DNA from: Octopus bimaculoides
Taxonomy: Eukaryota
Reading direction: 5' to 3'
Assembly (NCBI RefSeq): GCF_001194135.2
Contig: NC_068981.1
Coordinates: 166,707,549-166,771,548 of the forward strand
DNA: 64,000 bases
Part shown: in pieces, positions 13,440-26,379 of the stretch
How the letters are laid out: each line of letters starts with the position of its first letter
Numbering within the stretch: the first letter of the stretch is position 1
The notes under the pieces: generated by a model
Database searches by the model: none
The model's input: the letters and a program-made list of their open reading frames with translations, nothing else
Told to the model about the DNA's origin: nothing
Program-made: the position numbers and the translations under genes

Positions 13440-13856
13440 TATTTTGTGTTGTGTCTAGGGAGAGTCATGCCAATATTAGTATCATATGCACCAGTTCAGT
13501 TCCATTCCTTTATTTAGTCAGTTGGTTAAATATCTATCCAACTAAATAATCATTTGTTTTGACAAATATGCAAAAAAAACAACCCATTTACCATTTAACC
13601 AACAAGTTAAACAAATGATCGATCAGTTCATTTTTAAAAAATATTCTTTTACTTGGAGCATCACCTTGAAAAAATAAATCCATCCAATGTGGAGCTCAAA
13701 CCTACAACCACAAGATTAAGAGTCTCGTACTCTACCAACTGAGCTAGCCAGGCTAGATATTTAACCAGTTGACTAAGAATACAGGAATGGAATTGAACCA
13801 GTGCATGTGTTATTAATATTAGTGTGATGACTCTCCTTAGACACAACAAAATATGT
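13440..13856. repeat. ~100-bp imperfect inverted repeat (13440-13536 / 13754-13856) enclosing a tRNA pseudogene
   Basis: ttgtgtctagggagagtcat...gttaaatatcta matches the reverse complement of tagatatttaac...atgactctccttagacacaa. Confidence 0.8.
13681..13753 (-). pseudogene. tRNA-Lys(CTT) pseudogene
   Basis: Minus strand GCCTGGCTAGCTCAGTTGGTAGAGTACGAGACTCTTAATCTTGTGGTTGTAGGTTTGAGCTCCACATTGGATG, 73 nt, colinear with eukaryotic tRNA-Lys-CTT; T-loop is TTTGA instead of TTCGA, acceptor stem broken, T6 terminator ~6 nt downstream. Confidence 0.85.
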
Positions 13857-13899
13857 TTCACCTCACAAATTCACGCAATCTTGCAAACCAAATACAAAA

Positions 13900-14540
13900 T
13901 TGAAGTAAAATTATGACCATTCATAATCATATAAAGAAGCTAGGAAAGGTTTCAAAACTGAGACAATGGGTTCCTCATTTTTCTTTCAGCAGAAAATCCT
14001 TGGCAAAGGCTTCACTGTTGGAAATTGCTCCATATGCATAACTTCCCAGCACCATATCTGTACCATGTTTATGAATGGGACTTCATCAAAAGAAAATATT
14101 TTGAGTTGAGTGGTTGGTGGGATATGGAAGGAGCCAAATCAAACTATCACTTTTGAAGTCTATTGTCAGCAAATTCACTGTTTGCACACTACTTTGGATA
14201 GAAAACTTGCCTTAATAAACTATTCTAGAGGATGGTTACTTTCATGAAGATAATGCTCACATCTGCACAAGTCACTAAAAATCATTTTTGAAATCATTTT
14301 GATGGGGAAAAAATTATATATATACCTTCCATATTCTCAAAACCTTGCTCCAGCAGACTTACATTTATTTTGATATTTGCAACTCACAAAAATGCAGTCA
14401 GCAGAGAAGATACTGAAAATAAATTAAATATATTTTAATTCAAAATCCAAGAAATTTCTCAAATCAGATATTGAAAAACTTACAAATGGATGGAGACAAG
14501 TAATACAGAATGAAGAATTTATATAGATGGTTAAATTTAC
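13900..14540 (+). mobile_element. Decayed mariner (Tc1/mariner) transposase fragment
   Basis: HNHIKKLGKVSKLRQWVPHFLS (WVPH motif), HEDNA, LPYSQNLAPADLHLF (YSPDLAP-like), C-terminal IEKL..GWRQVIQN; frameshifts and stops. Confidence 0.85.
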
Positions 14541-15381
14541 AATATTAAATATCACTGTTTGTACTTTTAAGTAAATACTAAAAATTGGACAGAATTTTCC
14601 AAACAATCTGGTAATTAACAGGTTAAAATAGAGAAACTGTTGTCTATGGATCAATAAGAATAAGTTTTGTATTGCATATCTGAATTTGAAATAAATGTTG
14701 GCACCTCCTAAAAACAATAGACTATATTTTTTTCAAGGTGGACTTGACCATATTTTTGTTAGGATACATTTATAAACACATTTTTACATTTCATTACAGC
14801 AGTTAGGTTGTTTTGTTGTTTTTTGTGTTATTATGCCACTTTAAACTACAAATTGTTTCGGACTATGAGCAACTATGTCAAAAGAACAAGCTGTTACAAT
14901 ATGCACACTCTTTGTCTTGCTAGTTAATGACATCTGTTCTCTCTCTCTCTCTCTTGTATGTAGTTTCTGTGTTTTTCTCAAAAATTGAGAAAGTAAGGGA
15001 GAGAAACCTATTTTTCAGATGTATTAACTACTAAAATGAATATCCAACATTAAACTTTCACTTTCTAAGGTATTCAGTAATAGGTTCTTTTCCTTAATAT
15101 TATGAGTGCAACATTTAGCAGTAAATGTCCCAAATAAAGTAGTACAGTATTCAGAAGTAGCAGATAAAAGTTGTGTTAAATTTCCATCATTTGAATTATC
15201 TCAAATAAATAAATATCTCAATTAACTGGTAGCCTAATCAAGAGACTTGTCTACTTTTAGGGTGAAGAACTCCTAACTGAAACAATATAGTTTAAAACAA
15301 TCTTGAAATCTATATTAATAAATCTTTATGTATATACATGCATATATACATACAGGAAATATGTATGTACATATATATATA

Positions 15382-15414
<33 letters not shown>

Positions 15415-15457
15415 GGGTATGTATATATATGTGTGCTAGTCATTTGCCAGAAAACAG

Positions 15458-15515
<58 letters not shown>

Positions 15516-15637
15516 GTCTCTCCCTTTTCCATTCCTTCAGAGAAATAGTTGGTGTCAAAGGCAGTATGAGATATGAATTACTATGGGAGTGTGTGATAGG
15601 TGGTAGAGGAAGGGCTGGTAGAGTTTCAGTTACATAT

Positions 15638-16228
15638 ATCTATACATATAAATTTGACATGGCCGATTCTTTCTTGTCTTGGGATTCACGGTCAAATGGC
15701 TGGGTAGAATTGCACGAAAAATTATACAGATGTGTAGGATGATCCGGTGGTGATGCTGGGCTTTGTATTTTTTCATACCTCCCATGTTTACCAAGATAAT
15801 CCACTATGATAATACTCTCGTGTTTATGAATGAGAAAGGAAGGGGTGATGTCATACTTGGTAGTGGGATCATGAAAATTGTATGCTGAAATAATAAATCT
15901 AACACCATTTCAACTCTGTGTGAATATATGTATGTGTATGTAAAAGGGCGGGGTATGTGAATGCGTGTGTGTGTGTGTGTGCACGTGCAATGGATGTGGG
16001 ATGGTTCATCTTTGTTCGCTTAATATTTGGGTTTATTTTTTGATTTGGTTGAATCTTAGTTGGGGTTTTTTTTTTTTTGTTGGTCAGTTATTTTTAGCGT
16101 TTTGACAGAAAAAAGTCATTCTAAAATTGTTTTTTAACATAAGTGTGCCCAAATGAGTCGAATGCTTGCACAGAACAGGCTTTACATCATCCAAACCAAC
16201 CGGGTGAAACTGGGCTTAGCTGCTAGTA
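15638..16228 (-). mobile_element. Non-autonomous Helentron/DINE-1-like element, apparently complete
   Basis: On the minus strand: 5' TACTAGC..AAGCCCAGTTTCACCCGG subterminal motif, internal (CA)n, 3' end ...AATTTATATGTATAGAT; second copy at 19771. Confidence 0.55.
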
Positions 16229-16824
16229 GAGATATAATTACATAAGCTCCATAATAATAAGGATATGTAATAGATTAATAAAATTGGAAATGAAACAAAA
16301 AGCCATTTTCAAAAGAATAATATCAGAATTGGTTCTCTATTGCTATTTTCTTCAACCAGACTTCAACCTGCATGTTCTTCAGAATAAAACTGATCCATTA
16401 TCATCTTAGAATCAAAAGGGAATTTCACATACAAAAATGCAACTCCTTAAAATACTTTCTGAACAGACTTATGATTCCAGTGAAAGTGTGCATGTAGAGT
16501 AATTTGGGTGTTGGGCTCATGATCATGGGTTCAGTTCTTGGATAGGTTAGTGCTTTGTCTCCTTGAGCAAAGTACTGTATTTCCCATTGCTTCTATTCAC
16601 TTAGCTAAAGACCAGTACCAGTGCTAGCTGTAGACATTAACCACATAACGGACTAGCATCAGGTTAAGCTGGAAGTCCATGTACCTAAATGCTCGGAAAC
16701 TGGGACAAGCTTCAAAGAATGGGCCAATGGACTCAAGACAGACATAATTCCTAAGAACTTTGGACCCATTCTTCTATGAATTTGTTCAAAATTGGTTGAA
16801 CGAAGCAAATATCTAAATCTTAGT

Positions 16825-17215
16825 TTTTTATCTTTTACTTGTTTCAGTCATTGCACTGCAGCCATGTCAAGGAAGTATTTAGTTCAATAAATCAACTCCA
16901 GTACTTCTGATACTTACTATATCAATCTTGTTTGCGAAACTGCTGAGTTACAGGAATCTACACAAACCAACACTGGTTGTCAAGCAATGGTAAGGAATAA
17001 ACAAAAAACACACATACATACATACATATATATATATATATATGCACGCACACACAGAGGCCTCCACACAGTTTCCATTAACCAAATTAACTCAAGGCAT
17101 TGGTCAACCTTGAGCTATGGTAGAAGATACTTAACCATGATGCTGCACAGTGGAACTAAACCCTGAAGCTACATGGTTGCAGAGCAAGCTTCTTAACCAT
17201 ATGGCCATATCTGCA
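16825..17215 (-). mobile_element. Full-length tRNA-derived SINE (family 1: head, microsatellite, tail)
   Basis: Pol III A/B-box-like head at the right end; head and tail shared with 43690-44180, 19612-19770, 22760-22910, 30555-30690, 39005-39150, 40740-40890, 43355-43500. Confidence 0.75.
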
Positions 17216-19611
17216 CCTACAAGAAAATATTCATTAAAAATTTGGTAACAAAAACAAATCAATTTTCAAAGGTAATATATCAGAAATCATTGAAAAAAGA
17301 TAATGGTTAATCAAAGTAAATAGAATTTCTAGTGCATAGTATCATTTATTTTTCTCTTCTTTCACTCTACTAACTATCTGCTTTTGCTTGTTTTTCAAAA
17401 TCAGAATAGAAGAGAAGAAAATGAAAACTGAACAGATTTTCATTCAACTAGTCCCTTTTTGTCCCTGCAAAATTGAATAATTTTAAAAAAATATTATTTA
17501 GGGTAACTTGCAAACATGCAAAGAAAAATATAATACATCATTGTCATAGATTTTGTCATCATTTTTACATCCAGTTTTTCCATGTTGGCATGGGTTAGAT
17601 AGGGCATTTTTGAGGCAATTTTCTCTGAACGGATGCCCTTATTTTCAAAAGGGGTACTTTATTTCAGGTTTTTAGATATCAACTGCCAAGTTTCAAGACA
17701 TTTTGTTTATGCAAGATATAACATCCCCACAGTCCAAGTGGTATCATTTTGAAGGCATGGAGATATACAAACACACATACACATTTACAATGAGCTTCCT
17801 TACAGTTTGCATCCAAAAAACTGCATTCATAGAGCACTGGTCATTCCAAGGCTGTAGCAGAAGACACTTGTTCAAGATGTTATGGAATTGAACCCAAAGC
17901 AACATGATAGCAAAGTGAACATCTATACCATACACTTAGAACTGTGACTTACACTTGAGGAAAAACAAAAATTGTTGATATTTAGCTCCAGGTCATTTTG
18001 AGTGAGCAAATGTATGACAGATACATTCCAGTTATGACTATTCTGTCAATGTTTCAGACACTAAGAACCGTAAATGACATTATCCAATATATCATTTTGT
18101 AAATTTTAATTATTATAAGATTATAGGTACTGGCATAGTTAACCATAGGGTTACATTTGCTTCCTAACCATGTGGTTTGGGGGTTGTTTCCACTGCATAA
18201 CTTTGTGAGTAAGTGTCTTCTACTATAGCCTTAGGCTGATCAACAATGAATTCTGAGTGGAAAGTGAAATGTTATATGTTATACAATGAGCACAAAAAGA
18301 AGACAACACAGTGGGGGCAGGTTTTAACAAATGTTGAGGTTAGTTTAAAACTTGAAAAGAAGGGAAGGAGTTTTGATGTTTCACACACTAGACGTTCATT
18401 AGAAAAAAATAAAAGAATAAGAAAAGGTGTTTGGAAAAAATAGAGGTAATTTGTTCTGCGTGGTTGTAAGGATATAATTCAGTAAAGATCACACAAATAA
18501 AATGAGTAAGAATATGAGGCAAGGAGGAGGCAAAGAAACAATACATAAAGTAAGATAAACAAAACACATGACTGTAAAAGTATAGAATTATGAAGTGAAA
18601 TAACGACATTGGAAGAATTTGTACAATGAAAATGAATATACCAATGAAAGAAACAGAGGACTCTAAAATTTCAGGTTGTACTCTTTATCAAAGAGAAGGA
18701 AAAGAAATGAGATTCAAGTAAAATAGAAATCTAGAAAATTAATGATACCAAATTTACGTCTGCTTACAAAGCAAAACTAGTGTAAAATAGAAGTTAGGGA
18801 GTGGGATAATATGACCAGAAATTGAGATACAATTTGGACCACAGTGAAGTTAAGAGAAAGAGAAAGAGAATAAGTAAGGAAAGAGGAAAGGGAGAAGAGT
18901 GAAAGCAGAAAGAAGTGTGTGCATATGTATAGTGAATTGTTAAATGTGCTATATTTATAATTTATGTAGATATTAAATAGCATCAAATATGTGTCAAGGA
19001 CCATATAGTTCGTGTGTCTGGGTTTGCAACAATAATTCTGACAATATATATTATCCAGCTTATAATGTAAATATATGTATACATATATGCATACACACAA
19101 ATATTGAAGATATTAGACCTAAATCAACTTTGATTGAGCTGACCAATGATTAGAAGCATTCTATCTGTAACCATCTTATCTTTTATTCACACTGTGTATC
19201 CAAGACAACATTAAAAATGTCATTTTTTTTTCTAAGATGTTATGGAGTAATTTGAGGGAGATTTGACTGCTAATTGTAGATCTCATCCATAAGCAATTTA
19301 TATATCTCATGACAGGATAGCATTGAGTCCTTGAACAGTGACAAATGTGACAAGTTCTAATATATCTGAAATTTCAACACGAATAGCATTACCAACCAAC
19401 ATCATCATCCTCATGTTTTAGAGTCCACTTTTCTGTGCTTGCATGGGTCAGATGGAATTTGTTGAGGCAGATTTACTATGGCCAGATGCCCTTCCTATCC
19501 CCCAAAACTCTCTAGTTTCCAAGCAAGGTGATAATCCCTAACTGATTGAACAACAAACAACACTGTCTGAATGAACCTTTTGATTGCAAAGATCACACAA
19601 AATGTCAAGAT

Positions 19612-19770
19612 AGGTGCAGGAGTGGCTGTGCGGTAAGTAGCATGGTTCTGGGTTCAGTCCCACTATGTGGCACCTTGGGCAAGTGTCTTCTACTATAGCC
19701 TCAGGCTGACCAAAGCCTTGTGAGAGGGTTTGGTAGACGGAAACTGAAAGAAGCCCGTCATATATATATA
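19612..19770 (+). mobile_element. SINE family 1 head (to ggaaactgaaagaagccc + (TA)n)
   Basis: Matches the other copies in the window. Confidence 0.8.
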
Positions 19771-20000
19771 TACTAGCAGTTAAGCCCGGTTTCACCTGGT
19801 CAGTTTGGATGATGTGGCTGTAAAACCTTTGTGTAAGCATTAGACTTGTTTGGGCACGCTTATGTTAAAAAACAATTCTAGAATGACTTTTTTGTCAAAA
19901 CACTAAAAATAACTGACCAAAAAAAAAAGAAAAAAAACAACCAAGATTCAACCAAATCAAAAAATAAACCCAAATACAAAGCAAACAAAATATGGTTAAC
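19771..20000 (+). mobile_element. 5' part of the Helentron-like element, inserted in the (TA)n of a SINE
   Basis: Reverse complement of about 16000-16228; begins TACTAGCAGTTAAGCCCGGTTTCACC. Confidence 0.6.
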
Positions 20001-20918
20001 ATATGCAAGGATATGCTTATACACTAGTATGAACATGGGGTGCAATTGGCATTTAATTCACTAAAACCACAATGTGAGACAGGATAGATGCGGGATTCCT
20101 CTAATAAATTGATACCTGAATGAATTAGATGGAGAGATGTATTGTAGATTTATTTTGGTATATGTGGGTGCATGGGGAAAACACCGCTGAAATGATGAGA
20201 ACAAGGATCTTGACGACGATAATGGTGATGATATGATGACAATAATGATGGTGATATCTATATAATTAAATTACATCAATATTTTCTATTAATTTCGTTT
20301 TTGCATATGGTCACCATACTCATAAAATATTATTCAAAAGACAATTCAAATTTTTCTTCTCAACATACATCGATATTTAATTTCATAGAAAAAACAATTA
20401 GATATCACAAGTTTACTCTTCATTGCTTATCCCACCTCCACCCATACACATATATACTTTCCATGGGATTGTCCCATCTCATGTGCAAGGTCTCTTTGTG
20501 TTTTTTTCTTCTTTCTCTTTGCTTGTACTATAACTTATTTGAAATAGAAAATTTCGATCTTTTGTCTTTCTCTTTTATCAAATTTGATAAAACTGTGGAA
20601 ACTATAACTTCCCGCTCTTTGACCTTTTTTCTGTTTTCCTTTGAGGGAGAAATCAGTTTGCATCATATGCTCAATTTTATTTTGTAAGCTCATCATTCGA
20701 CTGATATTAAATGCGAACAAATAAATAAATGAATAAATTTGTTTGGGATATGTTTATTTTTTATTGAAATATAATTTTGCTATAAACGATTTATTTATTC
20801 ACATCATTTTATCGGAGTTGTTTCAGTTTAATATTTCAACTAATTGTTTAGTTAGTTTAGTTTTATTATAATTATGAATCACTCTCGATACAATAGACGG
20901 TCCCTGGGTTCGTCAATA

Positions 20919-21123
20919 ATGGCGGAAGGTGGGGGTGATGAAGGCGATGAAAATCCATTCTCTTATAAGAACTTTGTACATACTAAGGATAAAAACATTT
21001 TAACACCACAGAATGATGACGAATTCGTAAGATCTTCCCAAGGCAATGATATTTTGGACGGCACTAATGCATTATTTCCCGACAATGATTTCACAAGTCC
21101 TGTTTGTCAGCCGGCCGAACAAG
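20919..21123 (+). CDS. ENTR1: ENTR1/SDCCAG3-like, exon 1 (MAEGGGDEGDENPFSYKNF...); upstream in-frame ATG at 20874
   Basis: NPFSY motif, CpG-richer context, G|GTATAT donor, phase 1 matches exon 2. Confidence 0.8.
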
Positions 21124-22997
21124 GTATATGTTTATAATATCAGTTGTTTTAGATTACTCATTACTCAACTCAGTTTTTTTATCGTCTTTACTTTGTGTTT
21201 GCATCCTATATCTTTATTATATTTATAAAATAGTTCATATATATACATGTGTGTGTATATATATGGGCACACGCACACACAAAGGATGTATATAATTATG
21301 CAATCTTTTCATAACTTCGCATATAAAACAATATAGTTGTCAGCAATATCACATCTGCTGCATCACTTTTAAGCATAAGATTCAGTCTTATTAATTAAAT
21401 TGATAACTTAACGAAGATTAATAAGTGGAAAAAAAACTAAAAGGCCATTTTTGCTTCATGAATTTAGAACCTAAAGAGCAATATTTACCATAATGTAATA
21501 CTATGTGCAAGGTAACAAAAGAATCTTTCACTATACGGTTGCTTGACCAGCAAGAAATAACCATGAAACCTTCCTGGAATCACACCATATCGTCTTAAAA
21601 ATAAAGAAGATTTTAAACGACGTAGTCTTTGATATATAAAAAGACGGGAAAGTCATGCCTGGAACGTCTTCGATCATAGGTCTGTTTGATCATGGCTGAC
21701 CCAGAATTAAACAACAATAGCTTCTATAAAGTAAATAATTTCCTTTAATTAAGCTTTATTAACATTATATTTTCATGTATTTAACGGGTCTTTCGATTCA
21801 TACAATTTTGATAGTATTGTAAATAATGGGACCTCCTCCCCGTCTCAGACATATTGCTCTGTACCTTGCCAGCGAACTTTGTGATAATATCTCAACTTTT
21901 AGTATTGTTTAGTATTCTAACAAATTGGTTTAGTATTTTTATTTCTACGGTTTATAGAATATTTTGCATTCTGCTAGGTCAGTATTTTTCAGTATGTGTA
22001 TATTCTCAATACCAAACTTTAAGTACCAAAGGTGGATTATTCCAGCATCTACGCCCCTTTTCAAATATGAAAACATTGTCTTTTGTTTATTTTTCTAACC
22101 CTATTGAAATTTAAGAATTTACACCTGTGTGTTAAAAAATTAAAGGAATTAAATTTTTGCTAAATTGTGTTAATATTAACGATAATTAACACAATACATA
22201 CATCTTTCTTTCTCTCTCATATATATATATTCATTCTTTAATTAGCAAAAAAGTAACCTACAAAATGTATTTTAAGCTGGACTCCCCAGTGTACAACCGT
22301 CTCACTGTTTAGTCTGATTTTCGTTTGTTATTATATTATATATATATATATATATATTAACGTCGATGTATAAAGTCATATATTGTTAAATGTGGGGGAC
22401 AATGGACATGGCCAAGTCAGTAGTAGAAAGCCAGACTGGTTGCTTTATAGCTCATTGTTCTTGGGTCAAATCCTATTAGGATCGTCTTTCATCTTTCCAA
22501 AACCAAAATAAAAAGTATAATATAAACTAGGTTGAGTCAATCGATTATATCCCTCTGTTAAAAAATTGTATATAGTAAAAACATAAAAATCAATATCGAT
22601 TTCTTTTGAATTGTCACCAGGCCCAGTGTTTAGTCAACAAAATCAACAATGTATTTAGGCCTGTTTAATTCACTATTTATACCCTTTACAATTTATAAGA
22701 GTTATTCGATAGCACCTCTCCTAAGAAAGGTTTGCTTTTTTAGAAACTTAATCGTATCATTTTACGTGTGGTTGAGGAGCTTGCTTCCCAACCATGTAAT
22801 CTTGGGTTTAGCCCCACTGCACGATATTTTTTACTATAGCCCCAGACTGACCAAAGCCTTGTTATTGCATTTGGTAGATGGAAACTGAAAGAAACCCGTC
22901 AAGTATGTGTATATATATAAATACACACACACACACGCACGAGTAAGTAGACAAAGGAAAGAAAAAGGTATTCAACACATTTAGTAGGAGTCATATG

Positions 22998-23146
22998 TAT
23001 TATTTAAAAACAGTTTGATTCGGTTCCATCCTACTTCAAGTTTCGCAGGCCCCTAACGGACGTCAGAAGCCTGAGAGAGTTGGGCTCCCGTTAGTTCCTG
23101 CAGAACTTGAAGTAGCATAGAACCGAATCAAACTTTTAAATAATAA
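22998..23146. mobile_element. Small MITE-like foldback (~60-bp imperfect TIRs) in ENTR1 intron 1
   Basis: tattatttaaaaacagtttgattcggttccatcctacttcaag vs cttgaagtagcatagaaccgaatcaaacttttaaataata. Confidence 0.75.
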
Positions 23147-23278
23147 TGATAATAATTATCATTATATATAATATTGTCTATTGATATAAAAATATTTGAT
23201 GGTATCTTATCAAAGTTAATTAGTATGTTTTTCTTTTAGCATTTGCTAACCTATATCTGTTTCAAAAATTAATTTCAG

Positions 23279-23820
23279 ATGGAAAATCAAAACCCAAAAA
23301 GAAATCTTCAGATGGAAATCCATTTTCATTCAAAAAATTCCTTGCACATTCTGGTTCTAAGAATCGCCGTCATAATGGTCCTGCACATGACCTACCTGAT
23401 TTTGTACAGGATCACTACTTCGGAGACACATCTCGAGACCGTAATGTCTTGGATCTGGACCTTCCAAATTGCATTTTGAGTTCTAATTATGTTAGTGGTG
23501 CTTCAGATTTGAACAACTCAAAAAATGATTTAAGTAATCATGAAGCTCAGGAAAGGCGCAGGACTTTGTTGGGAGAAAACCAAATTAGGAATGAACTGAC
23601 AAACACTTCTCCAAATATTGAAAATGATTTATCATTTAAGACTGAGTCAGAAGATTCTCAACCTCAGTTAGCTTCTAGTCTTCCCGATTTTCTTTCTGAT
23701 GGCGCTTTTGTAAATAATAATGATAACACCCGGTACCCTGCCATAACTGTTCAAGTTAATCAGGGCCGTCAGATGGCTGCCCTGCAAATTAATGGTGATA
23801 CAGAACTAGAATTGAGAAGA
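23279..23820 (+). CDS. ENTR1: ENTR1 exon 2 (GNPFSFKKFL...LPDFVQDH...LPDFLSD...ELELRR)
   Basis: tttcag acceptor, 542-nt open frame, NPFSFKxFL family motif, AGA|GTAAGT donor, phase 0. Confidence 0.9.
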
Positions 23821-23954
23821 GTAAGTTTGTTTTCTGTTCCTTATTTATCAGTGACAAAATTGTTTTTTATTGTTGTTTGTTTCTTTTATTGGTGGCTTCT
23901 TTAATCTTTTTAGTGCTAAACCTACTTGTGACCATCCATACTAAAGTGTTCAGA

Positions 23955-24120
23955 TATAAGTTAAAATCTCAATCCAAATTCTCATTATAACTTGAATGAT
24001 AATGTAATGTTTCACTTGGAAGCCCTTCCAAAATCTTGATTATATTGAAAATTGATTTAGACAGGTAATCTGTTCATTAGAAGTAGAGTCATAAGAACAT
24101 CTATCTTTGTTCTTTAATAT
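23955..24120 (+). repeat. Copy 1 of a 166-bp perfect inverted duplication (partner 31857-32022)
   Basis: Base-by-base manual comparison found no mismatch. Confidence 0.9.
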
Positions 24121-24129
24121 TACATATGT

Positions 24130-25480
24130 ATCATCATCATCATTAATATATCCACTTTTTCATGCTTGCATGGGTTGAACAAGTTTTCTCTGGCACAACA
24201 TCTTGCCATACGCTATGTTCCTTTGTCTTTTTCATGATAATCAACATCCTGAGATCATCACTTCTGTCCATGTCTTCCTTGATTTTCTTCTACATTTTCT
24301 TCTACATCTTCTACATTTTCCTTTGGCTTGAATACTCTGGTATATCTTTTACCCATTTGTTACCATCTATATATATTGCACATCCATACTAATGCAGTCT
24401 TCTCTCTTACACATTATATGTAATACCTCTTAAACTCAGTTTATCTCTCAGCTTTTTGTACCACATTACTGAAGCATATTAACATTATACATCCAGTGGA
24501 CCATGTATGCTTCATTTCTCTCCATTCCTTGTACTTCCTATGCTAATAGCATACATTGTACCTTATCCTCAAAGAGAGAATGCCCTTATTGCTAGAAAAA
24601 GTAGTAGCTCGCTGAACTTTTCTCATTCTGGCTGCTGTATTTTCAGAGTACCTTCCTTCACAGTTTATTAGATTGCCTAGATAACAGAAGCTTTCAATTA
24701 CTTCTGTGGAACCATCCAAACATTGAAAATGATTCATTTTACTTGTGCTCTAACTGCCAGCTACTCCTGTACATCTATCATACAAAGTCTTCATTCAGTG
24801 TCAACCTGTCTGTGATCCCTATGCAACTCTTGTGCATCCATGTTTCACATCATGTACACTATGTGGAGTCCCTACCAACTACTTCTAAGTCTTCCACACA
24901 CTCTGCTATAAGAACTGGGTCATTGGCATAGTTCCTATAGACAGCCAGTCTTAAATTCCTCTCTTATAGCTTGAATTATAAATAAAAGGGTGCTGAAAAC
25001 TGAGTTTGATGTGCACTTGCCTGCATGCCAAATTCTTCATTGAACTCATTTCCAACTCTCGATTTGCTGACTGTACTTCTGTACATCGATTGTACCACTC
25101 TACACCTAGTTTTCTTAAAGACTACAAGACTGCAAACCATAATATAGGGAGGGTTTTATACCCAATGACTGCTGTAGCAGTATAATACTCTGTCAAAGGC
25201 CTTCTCCAGATCAATTAATGCTAAAACCTCCTCTTGAAGTTATTTTGCACAGATCTGAACTGCATCTTATCTAAACTAATTCTCTTTCTAATCACTTGTG
25301 CTGATACTCTTTCTGTTATTTTTATAATGAAGTCCATCAATTTGATGCTTCTATGGTTGCTTCTTTCAAAAGCATCTTTGCTCATGAAGCAGTTGTGTAT
25401 TATACTGCTACAGCAGTCATTGGGTATAAAACCCTCCCTATATTATCTGGTTGATTATGTGAGTGACTAACTTAAGTCCT
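24130..25480 (-). mobile_element. Decayed RTE-clade LINE ORF2 (RT region) with 3' tail
   Basis: Minus-strand remnants LIDLEKAFDRV, YAND, ESFCYLG; tail at 24130-24180. Confidence 0.85.
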
Positions 25481-26379
25481 ACTACTTCAGCCACTATACC
25501 TGATAGACTTGTTGTTTTCCTCATATTCTATTCCATATGTCTGTATTTCTGAAATGAGATAACAACTTAAATTTTTCTTAAGTGCCTACTTGGAAGCTGT
25601 GTTTCTACTTATAGTGCTTTAACACTCTTAATCATTGGATCACTATCTCTAGGACTGTTTATTAATGTAATTTAGGGACATTTCAGTCAATTCCAATAAT
25701 GACAGCCATATTCTGCTGGAGTCTATATATACCAATCTTATTGAATATTCCATTGTTGTTGCATAGCTCCAATGTTTGAAGAATGAAGTGGTGGTATGTG
25801 TGATGTGGTCTGCATACAAAGCTGTGTGTATGTTTTATGGAGGTGTAGGAAAATTGTGTAGTTACAGGTTGAAAATAGCGGGTGAGAGGAATTGCATATT
25901 CTGAAAGTGTTACTCTTGTGCACTTCTTAGACCTGACAGCTGGTTTACAAATCATTGTTTTGTATTGTTTCTTAAAAAACAACACAAAAGGTTCTGAGAA
26001 TGCTTGTAATTATAGGATTCCTGAAGATGATTGTTGATTGAATTAAAATGCATTGCAGCAGACACAAATACTCCAAAAATAAGGCTGATAGCATGAAAAT
26101 TTGTTATATTATTTCACTTTTGCAAACTAAAACATGAAGAAAAATATTTCCTTCATATTACTGAAGAATAGCTATTCTACATGTAAAGTTACAGGTTCAG
26201 TTACTGGTGAAGAATATCATCTTCTGTTAGCTTCTTCATCTACCCAATGTTTACAGCTTCAGCAGCTGCAGTTGTTAACCATTAGGCACCTGAGAATGTT
26301 CCTCAGTTGTGCTGTTCCTGTTCTCCCACTTTCTATGTGTTGAATGGCAACCAAAGTGGTTTGAACAGATTCTAATAAA

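Noticed and set aside
20440-20720. Possible divergent gene sharing the ENTR1 promoter (61-aa ORF and a small candidate exon)
   Set aside because: No convincing splice chain or family similarity
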